Shown here piece by piece: positions 12,880 through 24,582 of a stretch of DNA of 64,000 nt (within the stretch, counting starts at the first letter, position 1; each line of letters begins with the position of its first letter). The notes below the pieces were generated by a model. That model ran no database searches and had not been told where the DNA came from. It saw nothing but the letters and a program-made list of their open reading frames with translations. Origin of the DNA: Octopus sinensis (Eukaryota); the NCBI RefSeq assembly GCF_006345805.1, contig NC_043008.1:60884001-60948000 (forward strand). The letters run 5' to 3'. The translations under genes were made by a program, and so were the position numbers.

Positions 12880-13480
12880 TCGAAATATATTTATACATAG
12901 GCTTGCAACTGCTGAAAATTTCAGGCCTAGTGTCCAGTAGAGACGAAGGGTTCCTAGACATAAACAGAATCTGAGCTCACAGCTATACAAAAATCTATAT
13001 TTTTTCGATCCATTAACATAAAGAATGGATTTCTCAATTACTTTCCACGAATCACATGTGGTATATCGTTATCTTTCAAACTCCATATGTAGTTGACCAA
13101 CTTAGTAGCTTTGATTTTGTCCCTATGTCTGAAGAAGGCTATGTGATTGCCATAGCAATTTTAAATTCTCCGTCACATACTCCAATATAATTCTTCTTTT
13201 CAGTTGTATTATTATTTATGGTTGCAGTAACTTCTGCATTGTATATGATAGACTTAGTCATACATCGTTGGTCAAGTGGAGAGGATCTGGCGTCGTGTCA
13301 GTTACAAATGGAATTAGACTCTTCCTATTAACCAAATGTAATGATACTCTTCATATTAGGGCAGCAGCTGCTGTATAATAATTTCAAAGTACGCCTATTA
13401 AATATTTTCTTGTATCTTTGAGTTGCTGGAAAATGAATGGAATGAAGATTTCAGCGTTATTATTGTTGAAACGAGTGGGC
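12880..13480 (-). pseudogene. Penelope-like element, Naiad-type linker plus GIY-YIG endonuclease fragment
   Basis: HFPATQRYKKIFNRRTLKLLYSSCCPNMKSII ... ICN*HDARSSPLDQRCMTKSIIYNAEV ... KNYIGVCDGEFK (frameshift) RYGNHIAFFRH...TKLVNYIWSLKD: GIY-YIG motif pair (IIY/YIG) and R/H residues. Clade label from recalled motifs. Confidence 0.75.
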
Positions 13481-13516
13481 CGTTGATTAATAACCGTTGT
13501 AATACTCATGTTAGTA

Positions 13517-13560
13517 AGTAGAACAGGAAAAATTGAAGTAGAACAGGAAAAATTGAAGTA
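13517..13560. repeat. Perfect 20-bp tandem duplication (AGTAGAACAGGAAAAATTGA x2)
   Basis: Directly visible. Confidence 0.9.
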
Positions 13561-13789
13561 AATAAATAAGAAAAATGAAACTTAAAAGCAGAACTATATC
13601 ACTCTACTGGTTTTAAGATTCTGTTAAAATGTCTCGAGTAACTTCCTTAATGTCCTTTCGTCCTGATGATATTCTACTCAAACTCTTCAATTGAATGTGA
13701 ATTGAAAATATTTTAGGCAATGTTAATTAATTAATAAATTAATTGTATCCATTAAATCACTCCATTTCTCTCTCCCTGGGTTGCTTCTC

Positions 13790-13901
13790 TCTCTGTGTAT
13801 ATATATATACATAAATACTAGGATATTTGCGTATGCATACATACATATATACATATATGTATGTATGTATGTATGTATGTATATATGTGTATGTATGAAT
13901 G

Positions 13902-13940
<39 letters not shown>

Positions 13941-13941
13941 A

Positions 13942-13980
<39 letters not shown>

Positions 13981-13985
13981 ATCTG
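13790..13985. repeat. Compound (TA)/(TATG)/(TATC) microsatellite
   Basis: Directly visible. Confidence 0.93.
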
Positions 13986-15511
13986 TGTTTAAATGCACGA
14001 ACGAATGTAATTCCGGCGGTTTCGTAATAGCAATGAGAATAAGAAAACACCTATAACGAATGTAACTAAACCCTATGATTCATTCTCGGAAGAATTTATA
14101 GATTTTGCAACATTGTTTATTTGGCGTTACATCTCTTTCTCCGAAGAAATACATCTTTCTCCGATGCGTTGCATGTTGTTCACAGTTTGGAGTAAATCAT
14201 CTCGCTACAAATTTTATCTACGAACGTTAAAATTATTTATATTAACGTTTAATTTATCAAACCTGGAAGCTAGACGGCAACACTATTGCACTATTGGAAT
14301 CATGGAGCAAATAGAAATATATTTAAAAAAAAAAAAGAATGAAATTAGGCGAAGAATACGAAGCACCAAATTATGATACAAATCTCATTATTGCCAAAGA
14401 TATAACTACACATGCGATCAATCGTTGTAACATAATATTTGGAAAGAAAACACAGTTAGTAAAAACAAAGAAATAATAGAAAAATAGAAGAGATAATTCT
14501 ATGGTGGAAGAAAAATAAAGAATCAAAAAGAGCAAAAAACATATCAGAAAATAAAGAATAGAGAGATTTTAATGTAGACAATTTGCAAACAATTATGAAT
14601 GTCTGGACAGGTTTCACTGCATTCATTGATTAATACTGTAAAGCTCATCAATATTTTAAATAGTTATTATAGCTTTCTTCTGATACTATTATATTTCCTG
14701 TAAACTTGCAGAACTCATCTTCAGTTTCCTGTTCTAATGCATAAAATATATGGAAAACAAATCTAAATAAACGGAGACTGTATGTGTGTGTGTGTATGTG
14801 TGTACGTGTGTGTACGAGTGTGTATATGTGCGTGTGTGTATGTGTGAGTGTGTGTGTGTGTGTGTGTTTATATATTAGCATTTCATTATTTCCTGTCTTC
14901 GTTTTTATTTTATTATCATCTCGTTGGTAATTTTATATCATGAAATAAATCTTGTCTTCAACCCAGACTTTAAGAGTCATATCTGTCCGAAGGTTACATA
15001 TTTTGTGTCGTGTTACCGGAGTTGTCTATGTACAATGTAATTAACTTTAAAATTTTCCGGTTCACCAAGTTGTTTAAAAATATACAACGAAGAACATTCT
15101 CATTTTGTTTATTGTTATATCACCCCATTCATACCTGATCAAACAGATTTATGATCGAAGGTGCTCTTTTCTTCAAAACCGTATACCAATAAATTACTTA
15201 TCTAGTGTTTATTTACATTTTCTCCGAAAACAGTACAACGAGATTTATGGAAGATCTTGTTATTTCTAACCACCCAAGGTACTACAGTTATCTAGATACC
15301 CGATACTGATATTGATCAAGTTAATGGCTATTTGTGTTATTGCTCCAGTAATTTTAGATGTTGTTTCGTCCATCCTCACCCTACTCGAGTAGATATATGA
15401 TTTAAGGTAAGCTACCTATGAGCATCCAGACATAGTGTATCGTATATATATTTCAATGTGGTTTAACAAGAGCAATGCTTATTTTAAGCAACATTTGTAT
15501 TTGTACTTCTA

Positions 15512-15927
15512 AGGCGGCGAGCTGGCAGAAACGTTAGCACGCCGGGCGAAATGTGTAGCCGTATTTCGTCTGCCGTTACGTTCTGAGATAAAATTCCGCC
15601 GAGGTCGACTTTGCCTTTCATCCTTTTGGGGTCGATTAAATAAGTACTAGTTACGCACTGGGGTCGATGTAATCAACTTAATCCCTTTGTCTGTCCTTGT
15701 TTGTCTTCTCTGTGTTTAGCCCCTTGTGGGTAGTAAAGAAATAGGTATTTCGTCTGCCGTTACGTTCTGAGCTCAAATGCCGCCGAGGTCGACTCTGCCT
15801 TTCATCCTTTCGGGGTCGATCAAATAAGTACCAGTTATGTGCTGGGATCGATATAATCGACTTAATCCGTTTGTCTGTCCTTGTTTGTCCCCTCCGCGTT
15901 TAGCCTCTTGTGGGTAGTAAAGAAATA
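15512..15927 (+). mobile_element. SINE family B, full copy plus tandem 5'-truncated second unit
   Basis: Second unit starts GTATTTCGTCTGCC at about 15745; one 16-bp TSD tgtatttgta(c/t)ttcta (15496-15511, 15928-15943) flanks the whole dimer. Confidence 0.9.
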
Positions 15928-16045
15928 TGTATTTGTATTTCTAGTAAATGAAGTGGCCGCCTAAAGTTACTTTCGTTTTCTTTAAATATTATTGCTGTTC
16001 GCGGTGACATTCGCGGCGACGTGGTAAGAGTTTGTTTCCTGTTTT

Positions 16046-16720
16046 GTCGACTCGACTTGGTTTGGTTTCATGCTCTTACTTGATGGGGCTTGGGGTCATT
16101 TCAAATTAGTTGTCCTACAGGCATCATCATGCGACCAGGTCCACTAGTGTCGTTCCTCATTGGCGGTCACATGCCAGCTTCTCTACATCCTCCAAGAGTG
16201 GAGGCGCAATGGCCCAGTGGTTAGGGCAGCGGACTCGCGGTCGTAGGATCGCGGTTTCGATTCCCAGACCGGGTGTTGTGAGTGTTTATTGAGCGAAAAA
16301 ACCTAAAGCTCTACGAGGCTCCGGCAGGGGATGGTGGTGATCCCTGCTGTACTCTTTCACCACAACTTTCTCTCACTCTTTCTTCCTGTTTCTGTTGTAC
16401 CTGTATTTCAAAGGGCCGGCCTTGTCCCTCTCTGTGTCATGCTGAATATCCCCGAGAACTACATTAAGGGTACACGTGTCTGTGGAGTGCTCAGTCACTT
16501 ACACATTAATTTCACGAGCAGGCTGTTCCGTTGGTCGGATCAACCGGAACCCTCATCGTCGTAACCGACGGAGTGCTTCCACATCCTCCAAGGTGACGTC
16601 AAGCCTCTGGCGATCTTCCCCAATCACGTCAAGACATCTGGCCTGTCAAGAGGCCAGTTCCAGCCCGAGGCCTCCGTCTCGAATGAGAATAAAGTCCTGA
16701 TATTATGATCTAGTCATATT
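16046..16720 (-). mobile_element. RTE LINE 3' end, interrupted by a SINE
   Basis: With the SINE removed the minus strand gives CLDVIGEDRQRLDVTLEDVEKLACDRQ*, like the RTE ORF C-terminus, followed by short tandem tail repeats (AACCA, AGTCG). Confidence 0.55.
16197..16580 (+). mobile_element. SINE family C, tail type 1 (tRNA-Arg-like head; OR1/OR2-like)
   Basis: A-box TGGCCCAGTGG, TCG anticodon-like loop, B-box GTTTCGATTCC; 12-bp TSD ACATCCTCCAAG at 16185-16196 and 16581-16592. Confidence 0.92.
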
Positions 16721-17024
16721 TTATAGGAGCAGTGAATAACGATCTTACGGTTTTTCTCAATATTCGGTAAAGTACCAATGAAGAAGATGTATAATCAGAA
16801 CTGATTTAACTGACTCAATAATCATAGGGCTATTTTCTACTCAGTACCCCCTCTATTCTCATAAATCAGTGCGTGATTTAAGGAGATTTTGTAGTTACCT
16901 CTGGCTGTACCAGTGACGATGTTAGAGGTACCCTTGATTTTTCTACGATAATATTTATTTTACATGGCATTTGAAAGAATTAAGCGCAGAGTTCGTATGA
17001 CGTGATGATCATCTTGGATAATGT

Positions 17025-17298
17025 AGTGGTTAGGGCAGCGGACTCGCGGTCGCAGGATCGCGGTTTCGATTCCCAGACCGGTCGTTGTGAGTGTTTACTG
17101 AGCGAAAACACCTAAAAAAAGCTCCACGAGCCTCCGGCAGGGGATGGTGGTGATCCCTGCTGTATTCCGTCACCACTCTTTCTTCTGTTGGCCTGCTCGC
17201 TTAGCCAGCGGGGTGGCGTCATTCGAAGGCTAAAACAATGCGAACGCATTGTGACCAGCGATGTGTAACAACATCTGATGGTCTGGTCGGTCATGTGA
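17025..17298 (+). mobile_element. SINE family C, tail type 2
   Basis: Family C head, then GGCCTGCTCGCTTAGCCAGCGGGGTGGCGTCATT...CAACATCTGAT tail shared with 29471-29785. Confidence 0.85.
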
Positions 17299-17309
17299 TA
17301 TATATATAT

Positions 17310-17497
17310 ATATTTGTGTCAGTGTTTGCCCCACCCACCCACCTTCACTTGGCAACCGATACTGGTGCGTTTACGGTTCGGCAAAAGAAACCAATAGAAT
17401 AAGTAACAGGCTTACAAAAAATGTCCTGGGGTCGATTTGTTCGACTAAAGGCGGTGCTCTAGCATGGCCGCTGTCAAATGACTGAAACAAATAAAAG
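17310..17497 (+). mobile_element. SINE family A, 3' half
   Basis: CAACCGATACTGGTGCGTTTAC...GGCGGTGCTCTAGCATGGCCGC...GACTGAAACAA matches the family A 3' region. Confidence 0.8.
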
Positions 17498-17573
17498 AAT
17501 GTGGCTGAGGCGTATCTGAGCATGTAATCCTCGATTAAGCTGAAGCTGCAGCTTAACGAGAACGATGGCGAGA

Positions 17574-17607
<34 letters not shown>

Positions 17608-18003
17608 AATGGAAAAAAATAAAACCTCCATTTGCATGCATAACTATATACGTGCTTATAAAGTGAAAAAGTAAGGAGGAGAGAAGGAAGGAGAAAGAAA
17701 AGCACAAAATGAGAAACAGAGATATTTGTAGAAGTTTACATATTCCGTGGCACTGGTTAAAGTGTTTATGATACACAGCCCTTTTTTTTAGTCTTTGAGA
17801 TCCTCGAACACTTATCGGAGAATGAGCTGCATTTCAGCTCCGCCGACTGGACACCTGATTCGAATTCTTACATCAGATTAATCTCAGCCAAATACATTCA
17901 ATATCTACGTGGTTCTTAACTTTTCTGTCACTCAACGTATACCTGTTGAAATATAAGGCTTTCGTTTGATTTAATTTGGAAAATAATGAAGTATTTATTA
18001 AGA

Positions 18004-18269
18004 TAAGGTTGTCAGTATTATGGTGGACTTTAGAACATAAATTGCCAAGAAATTTATAGGGGAGGTTTTATTTTAGAACACTTTAAAACAGAAAATTTCT
18101 ATTATACAACTAAGGGGCTATGAAAAGGAGTAAACGGGTGACAAAATAAATCTGCTACTCGAAAACAACAGTAGTTACTCTGATTGTTCTCCATACATTT
18201 TCCGACAACTAAATTCTCTCACACACATCATATGTTGGCTGTTTAACAATAAATCACTAAACAACCTTA
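18004..18269. mobile_element. Possible old MITE
   Basis: 9-bp terminal inverted repeat TAAGGTTGT / ACAACCTTA about 265 bp apart; weak. Confidence 0.3.
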
Positions 18270-18901
18270 GCGAGACAAATTATTCATTAAGAAATATATG
18301 AATATATGAAGCAAAAGGAAAATAAATTATAATGGGTGATAAATTATGTGTCATAATACTTGTAGTTCAAGATGAACAGTCGATCACATTAAAATTTGTT
18401 TTATGTAATCGAAAAAGACGTTCTCCTATGAATGTACAATCACCCAACATGTGCTTAGTGTGTATAGTGAGCATATCGGCGTATGTGTGTATTTCTCTAT
18501 ACACATGTGGATATTTAGCTTGTATTGTAGACTTATATAATTTACTTTGCATATTGTTACGTGATATTTACAGTTCACTAGAATATTAGAAGTCAAATTT
18601 GGGTTAGGGATTCTATATTTATTTAGCCTGCAAGTCAGTGACATATTGAAAGAGATACATTTTCGAAATCTTTCGCTCTATGATGATTTCCAGGCGAATA
18701 AATATAATATGCCATATTTTAATCTGACATGGACTTGTCGAACATACGTATCAACAAGTCAGTGTGAAATAATATAGAAAATGGAAGATAGACAGATGCA
18801 TACAGGAATACAAAGAGGGAGGTATATATATAGTATACACATATGATATATGTAAATATTGTAACTATATGATATATGTTATTTATATATGTAGATATAT
18901 A

Positions 18902-18943
<42 letters not shown>

Positions 18944-19075
18944 TAATAAAAAGAATTCCAACCTTGTCTGATTTTCACGTTTTATTTACAATCTTATAAT
19001 GATATATTATAAGATAATATATTATAATTGAATAAAATAAAATGAAATAGTAGAATGTTAAATATTCATTCTGAT

Positions 19076-19120
19076 TGAACTAGTACTTTCATGCATTGAA
19101 TTCTGCAATCTTCGGGTTCA
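19076..19120 (-). ncRNA. Minimal type I hammerhead-ribozyme-like motif
   Basis: TGAAC-CCGAAGA-T-TGCA(GAATTCAA)TGCA-T-GAAA-GTAC-TA-GTTCA: 5-bp stem I, palindromic stem III (AGTACT), position 4 is C, U.U at base of stem II. Confidence 0.6.
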
Positions 19121-19185
19121 TGTGTAGTAGTGTTGACAGTCATGCTTCACAATTTTTGACTGTAGCAAGATGATTGATTCTGTGC

Positions 19186-19310
19186 TATAAATACAGCTGG
19201 GTAGGCTCCAGAGTGCTAGGTTTTGCAAACAGTATTCTGACCAATCAGTGTGTAGTATCACTCAATTACTTAAGCTGATTGGTTGGTTGAGCTGATTGGT
19301 TTAGGCGTCA
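19186..19310 (-). promoter_or_regulatory. CCAAT-box cluster plus TATA-like element in the PLE 3' UTR
   Basis: CCAATCAG at 19241-19248 (+), 19275-19282 (-), 19292-19299 (-); TATTTATA on minus at 19186-19193; TGACGC at 19305-19310 (-). Confidence 0.5.
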
Positions 19311-19614
19311 CGCTTTGTTGGACATGTCAAGAGTCCTGTATCTTGACCCTGGCCGAAGCAGCAATTGTTGGGTTATTTTTAGAAATGTTGTAAATATCCT
19401 TTGTCAGAGATTTTTATATTTCAATTGTCATCATCATCATTGTCAGCACCTTAATTATTGTTGCTAGTGGTGATGGTTATGGCAATAGAACTTTTAACCC
19501 TAAATAAGATAATTTTCCTGCTATCTTCGTCTTGATCACCTTTAGTATTGTTGTTGTTGTTAGTGGTCATGGTCGTAGCAGTGGAAGTAATACCTCTAAG
19601 TATTATTATTATTA

Positions 19615-20240
19615 TTATTGCTTATTTAGCTTGGGTTCGAATTTATCAATAAAATTCTTTTCTCTGATTTTCCTCTCGATTTCACTTGGGCTGTGTAATT
19701 TGTAGAATGGAAATATTATATATATTTTCCGACCACATGTTGCTAGGTGGTTACTCAAAGGTATCTGACGGACCTCTGGGTCTCTAATCTGTTGCCGGTG
19801 TACACGTGAGCGTTCTAATAGTGCGTTTCCCGTCTGACCTACATATATTTCTTCACAATTTGGGCATTTGATGCAGTAAATTAAATGTCTGCTTTTGCAG
19901 TTCATATTCGCGTTTGTGAATATTTTCCCGGTTTTTGTGTTTATATATTGACCGGTATGTATGAATTGGCATGTGCCACATCGGCTATCATTGCATTTAG
20001 ATACCGTGAATGTTTGGTCTTTGTTGCTGAGGTCAAATTTGCCTTGTTAGTAATGTTTTCAAGTTTTTAGGCTGTCTTTTACTAAGCACCATAGCTCGAT
20101 CCGTGATTATGTCTTTTAATTCATTACTTTGGGCAATGATTGGTAGGTTTGCTTTGGCAATGTGAAGATATTCTGGTGACATGGGTTGTGTGTCACTATG
20201 AATGGTATGACTTGTTCTTGTTTTCCTCTTCCTTCGGTTG
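19615..20240 (-). pseudogene. PLE ORF C-terminus: linker, Cys motif and GIY-YIG endonuclease
   Basis: IPFIVTHNP..NIF / SKRQPKNLKTLLTR / KCNDSRCGTC / NCKSRHLIYCIKCPNCEEIYVGQTGNALLERSRVHRQQI...ERKIREKNFIDKFEPKLN; two frameshifts in the linker, endonuclease part open. Confidence 0.9.
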
Positions 20241-20262
20241 TCCTAAGTTGTTGTATATATTT

Positions 20263-20293
<31 letters not shown>

Positions 20294-20908
20294 CATAAAT
20301 TTACATATATATGTATTTATATACATACACACATATACATATTCATATATATGTGTACATATATCTACTAGCATAGCTAGGTACACACATACATTAATAT
20401 TTCACTTTGACATAGCGATACTAATAATCTAGTATTAGAACTAAATATATCAGGTTCAGTAAAAAGTAAGGAAGGTGTTGAACCACGAAGAATTTGTAGC
20501 GAATTTTTGCAGAGTCTTGAATTCTTTTTAAGCACTTTTTGCAATTGTCTGATAATAAAGACATAGACTTGCCCAAAAGCATCAATAAATTATTTTTTTC
20601 AACGTTGTTACAATCATGTGGACCGACAACGTGAATTTTGTTTGTGCGTCGTTAGAGAGGTTAGTGAAGGATTGTTGAATTGGAATTATACTTGTTATTA
20701 ATTGCTGTGTCTTGAGACACTTATTTTTGCTGCCTTACGGCAGTTTTGTTACCGCTGTCTCCCTTGTATGAAGGGGGAAGCGCATTACTTGTGTCTTCCT
20801 GATGTATGAAGATATGAATTTTTCAGACGTCTTTACGTCTGTAGAATAATTAGTGAGAAGTTTGGATATTGCAGACCAGAAGACAAAAGAAAAAGTTGGA
20901 AAAAGAAA

Positions 20909-21310
20909 ATGAATTTTGCAGCTGCTGTTGGTGAAACAAGAGATTTGTTTTAAGAAGGTGGAGTTGAACAAGTACAGGGAAATCCTGTGCAGTGAGGGGC
21001 TAGAAATAAAAGCGACTCCACCTAGTGAAGTTACAAAAGACACACAAAAAAGACAATAATATATAGAACGTATAGTCTAGGTGCAAAGAGAATGGTGATA
21101 GTGACAAAACTAAAAACAGAGAAGGCATTGAGACCCATCTTGCAGGATGTCACCTACCTTTCCAGAGGGAGGAAATACGCAACTGTGGAGGTGCGATTTG
21201 CATCCAAAGAAAAGGCCAGGCAACATTCGGTAGCCTCCCTGACAACGGACGAGGTAATACTTCTGCCTACTTACCTTGGAAGGCGTGCTTCCAGGGTAAG
21301 GGTGGAAGAG
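20909..21310 (+). pseudogene. Probable non-LTR retrotransposon ORF1 N-terminal fragment (L1/Tx1-like)
   Basis: MNFAAAVG...KKVELNKYREIL...KTIIYRTYSL...VTYLSRGRKYATVEVRF...LLPTYLGRRASRVRV across frameshifts; codon-like, GC-richer than the flanks. Family assignment is by recollection. Confidence 0.45.
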
Positions 21311-22153
21311 AACCCCCGGAGCGCACCTCGGCTTTGTCTGAACCCACTCATTCCATCCTGTTCCTTTTTGTATACAACAACATCTCTTTCGTCTAAAAGG
21401 TTTTGTTTTATATTTAATGTAGGCCTTTCATTGTTACTTTCGGCACACATGCATTTATATATTTTCAAATAGTTAAACACGTAATACGGGTTTTTTGTAA
21501 AAGAAAGACTGTGAGAATTTAGAAAATGTTGGTTCTGTTCTAATCATCATTTTTATTGCTATTAGCGATTCATATTTGTAAACTGATGGTTCTTGTAGCG
21601 GTGTTCACATTGCATGATTTGCAGCTGCAGCCTGTTTCTTCTGTTTTATTACTAAATATGCCATTGTTCAAGCTGCTGCCATTACTGTTGTTCGTGTTTT
21701 TATTGTTATTGTTGTTGCTATTGATGTTACTGTTAATATTTTCATATGTATTTGGAAATTTGCGGGCGAGAAAGTTACGGCGGAAAACAATTTGGCCTTC
21801 AAAGTCTTCTTATTTTTCCTTCCTTGCTTCTTAGCTTGGCGACGAAGAGGATGCCATGTTGGACATTTTTATGTTTCGAAAAGAACTATTTCATTCCAAA
21901 GGTTTTGCCCCTTAGAGCGAGCAACCTAAACAGGTGATAAGACCAATATCGTCCTGAAAAGTTAATCGTGTAATGAAGAAAACAAAACATAAACATACTG
22001 GGATTCAAAAACACGACCAAAAACAACAACCACAATAATCTAAATATAAAGATCCGGAAATAGAATATCTGGAAGTAGAATCCGAAAAAAGAATTAATCT
22101 GTTTAAGAAAAATCCCATATGGCGTAATTTAAGAAAGATGTTTTGGTAATGAT

Positions 22154-22536
22154 GGGAAGCACTCCGTCGGTTACGACGACGAGGGTTCCGGTTGATCCGA
22201 TCAACGGAACAGCCTGCTCATGAAATTAACGTGCAAATGGCTGAGCACTCCACAGACACGTGTACCCTTAACGTAGTTCTCGGGGATATTCAGCGTGACA
22301 CAGAGAGTGACAAGGCCGGCCCTTTGAAATACAGGTACAATAGAAACAGGAAGTAAGAGTGAGAGAAAGTTGTGGTGAAAGAGTACAGCAGGGATCACCA
22401 CCATCCCTGCCGGAGCCTCGTGGAGCTTTAGGTGTTTTCGCTCAATAAACACTCACAACGCCCGGTCTTGGAATCGAAACCGCGATCCTACGACCGCGAG
22501 TCCGCTGCCCTAACCACTGGGCCATTGCGCCTCCAC
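22154..22536 (-). mobile_element. SINE family C, tail type 1
   Basis: Near-identical reverse complement of 16197-16580; 12-bp TSD TTTGGTAATGAT at 22142-22153 and 22537-22548. Confidence 0.93.
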
Positions 22537-22639
22537 TTTGGTAATGATAAAAATATGGAAAGACATTACCACAATCCCAGCCTTATAAATACCTTTTAAT
22601 TGTTCATTGAAGAATTTGTAGTCGAATGAATCGATCTTA

Positions 22640-22927
22640 ATACTTTGAACCCTGGAACATATTCTATTGATCTGCTTTGCTGGAAAGCTAAGTTATGGGG
22701 GTGTGGTTCAAAACACACCAACACCGATTGTCAAGCGGTGGTGGAGGACAACACTGACAGAAACATACACACACACACACACACACAACACAAGCTTCTT
22801 TCAGCTTCCGTCTAGGCAATCCACTTACAAGACTACCTTAGAAAACACTTGCCCAATATGCTACGACGGGGGAATGAACCGCGAAAGATGTGGTTGGAAA
22901 GCCAGCTTCTTACCACACAGCCACGCA
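22640..22927 (-). mobile_element. SINE family A, degenerate
   Basis: ACCAACACCGATTGTCAAGCG, internal (CA)n, CTTCTTACCACACAGCCAC match family A reverse complement. Confidence 0.7.
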
Positions 22928-24369
22928 TAGAGCCACGCCTACGCAGTGTAGCTTCAGTAGTTATCCTTTCCAAATTTACTGGGAATCACATCTCTTACCA
23001 AAACGCACCTTCCATTCTAAGAAGAACTTGAAAAAAAGATCAACGATGGATTGAGCAAAGAGGACGTTTGTTTGTCGTCCTTCACATTTCGTCAACCATT
23101 CAGCCCCTTTCGCCTAGCTACCTGGAAGGGCAACAATCACCTGCCCTGCCCTAATAAGTGGAGACGGATTTGGATACTGGAAATATTAATAATAAATCTT
23201 AGACAGTAACTATAAAGAATAAAAAAAAACAGATACATTAAGCATGTATAAATGACAAACAATTCTACAGATAGAGACAAAAGTAGAATTATAAAAAATA
23301 TATATCGCTATCTCTATTAGCAGAGAATATTCCAACCGGACACCTCTCCTCTTTACTTTTCCGCTCTATCTGCAAAATAATGATTGAATCTATAATACAA
23401 TACACAAAATATTTTAGAGAAAGATTATATTTGCCATCATTATATGGAGATAGGAGACGTAAGCGACTAAAATCTATTATAAAATATTTATTCTAGAACT
23501 ATAAAAGTGTCTGGATACTAATAATGAACTACTATTACAAGAACCAAACCGAAACAACTCATTTCTGTTTACAATGAAAACAACAATACAAATCGGGTAA
23601 AACATGTTGAAATGACAGACAGTTGTGAGAAAAACTGAAGGAACAACAGAAGAAATTTGAAACAAAGAAACAATAACGAATCAGTGTGCGTAGAGTGATG
23701 AAAATCACTGCATGATAAAAAGGAAAAGAGAGAGAAAATATAAGAAACATATTTATATCATGTTCTGAGAAGCACAAGGCTGGAATCCAAAACATGTGTA
23801 TCCTTTATAGCAAGGCAACATCCACTCATTCCTAAGAGAAACAGTTAGAGTTGAGTACTGAAGTAGAATACCTTGAGTAAGAAGAGAATCTAAAAAAATT
23901 ATAAAGATACAACCATATTTATCATGCGACTCCAGCTTTAGCCAAGATAGAGTACATTAGTCAGCTGAAACATTTATTCGCTAGATTGGACGCTTGCAGC
24001 GGGTTGTGGGGGCTCGTGACTCTATTGATCTGAAGCACTTTCAGGAAAAGAGGTACCTACTAATTATTGCAAAAAAGAAAAAAAAAAGAAAAAAATTGAA
24101 TAAATGTTTAGATCTGAGGAAAATGGGGAAATTATTTAAATATGAGTGGCTTGAAATAACCGTGAGACAAATAAGCTGAATTATAGCAGAAATATTTTAT
24201 AGCTATCTTGGGAATAATTAAAAACACGCTGGAAAATGCATAATCAGCGCACCAAAACAAAATATAGCAATGGAGGGACATCTAGTGCAATAAATTCTGC
24301 ACAATTGTGCAGGGAAATCATAACGCACAGAAATAATTATTTCTCCTTTAGATACTTGATTATATTTTT

Positions 24370-24582
24370 TCTACTCTAGCCACAAGGCCCGGAAGTTTTG
24401 GGGAAGGGGAGCTAGTCGATTAGATCGACCCCTGTACGCAACTGGTACTTAATTTATCGACTCCGAAAGGATGAAAAGCAAAGTCGACCTCGGCGGAATT
24501 GGAACTCAGGATGTAAAGACAGACGAAATAACGCTAAGCATTACGCCCAGCGTGCTAACGTTTCTGCCGGCTCACCGCTTTT
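24370..24582 (-). mobile_element. SINE family B
   Basis: CTGGTACTTAATTTATCGAC..GAAAGGATGAAAAGCAAAGTCGACCTCGGCGGAATT...GCTAACGTTTCTGCC. Confidence 0.85.

Larger units (their letters stand above)
18945..20240 (-). mobile_element. 5'-truncated Penelope-like element (Neptune-type) inserted in a (TA)n microsatellite
   Basis: ORF remnant, 3' UTR with CCAAT/TATA cluster and hammerhead-like motif, with (TA)n on both sides (about 18900-18945 and 20245-20360). Confidence 0.85.

Noticed and set aside
12600-12880. SECIS element for the Naiad-type PLE
   Set aside because: The best candidate (ATAA..AAA..TGAT) lacks AUGA and has the wrong spacing.
15235-15412. Exon ending at the strong donor AAG|GTAAGC
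   Set aside because: All three frames from either nearby acceptor contain stops.
16200-16275. Family C, D and E heads as functional tRNA genes
   Set aside because: A/B boxes and an anticodon-like arm are present but there is no acceptor stem or terminator, and they continue into SINE bodies with TSDs.
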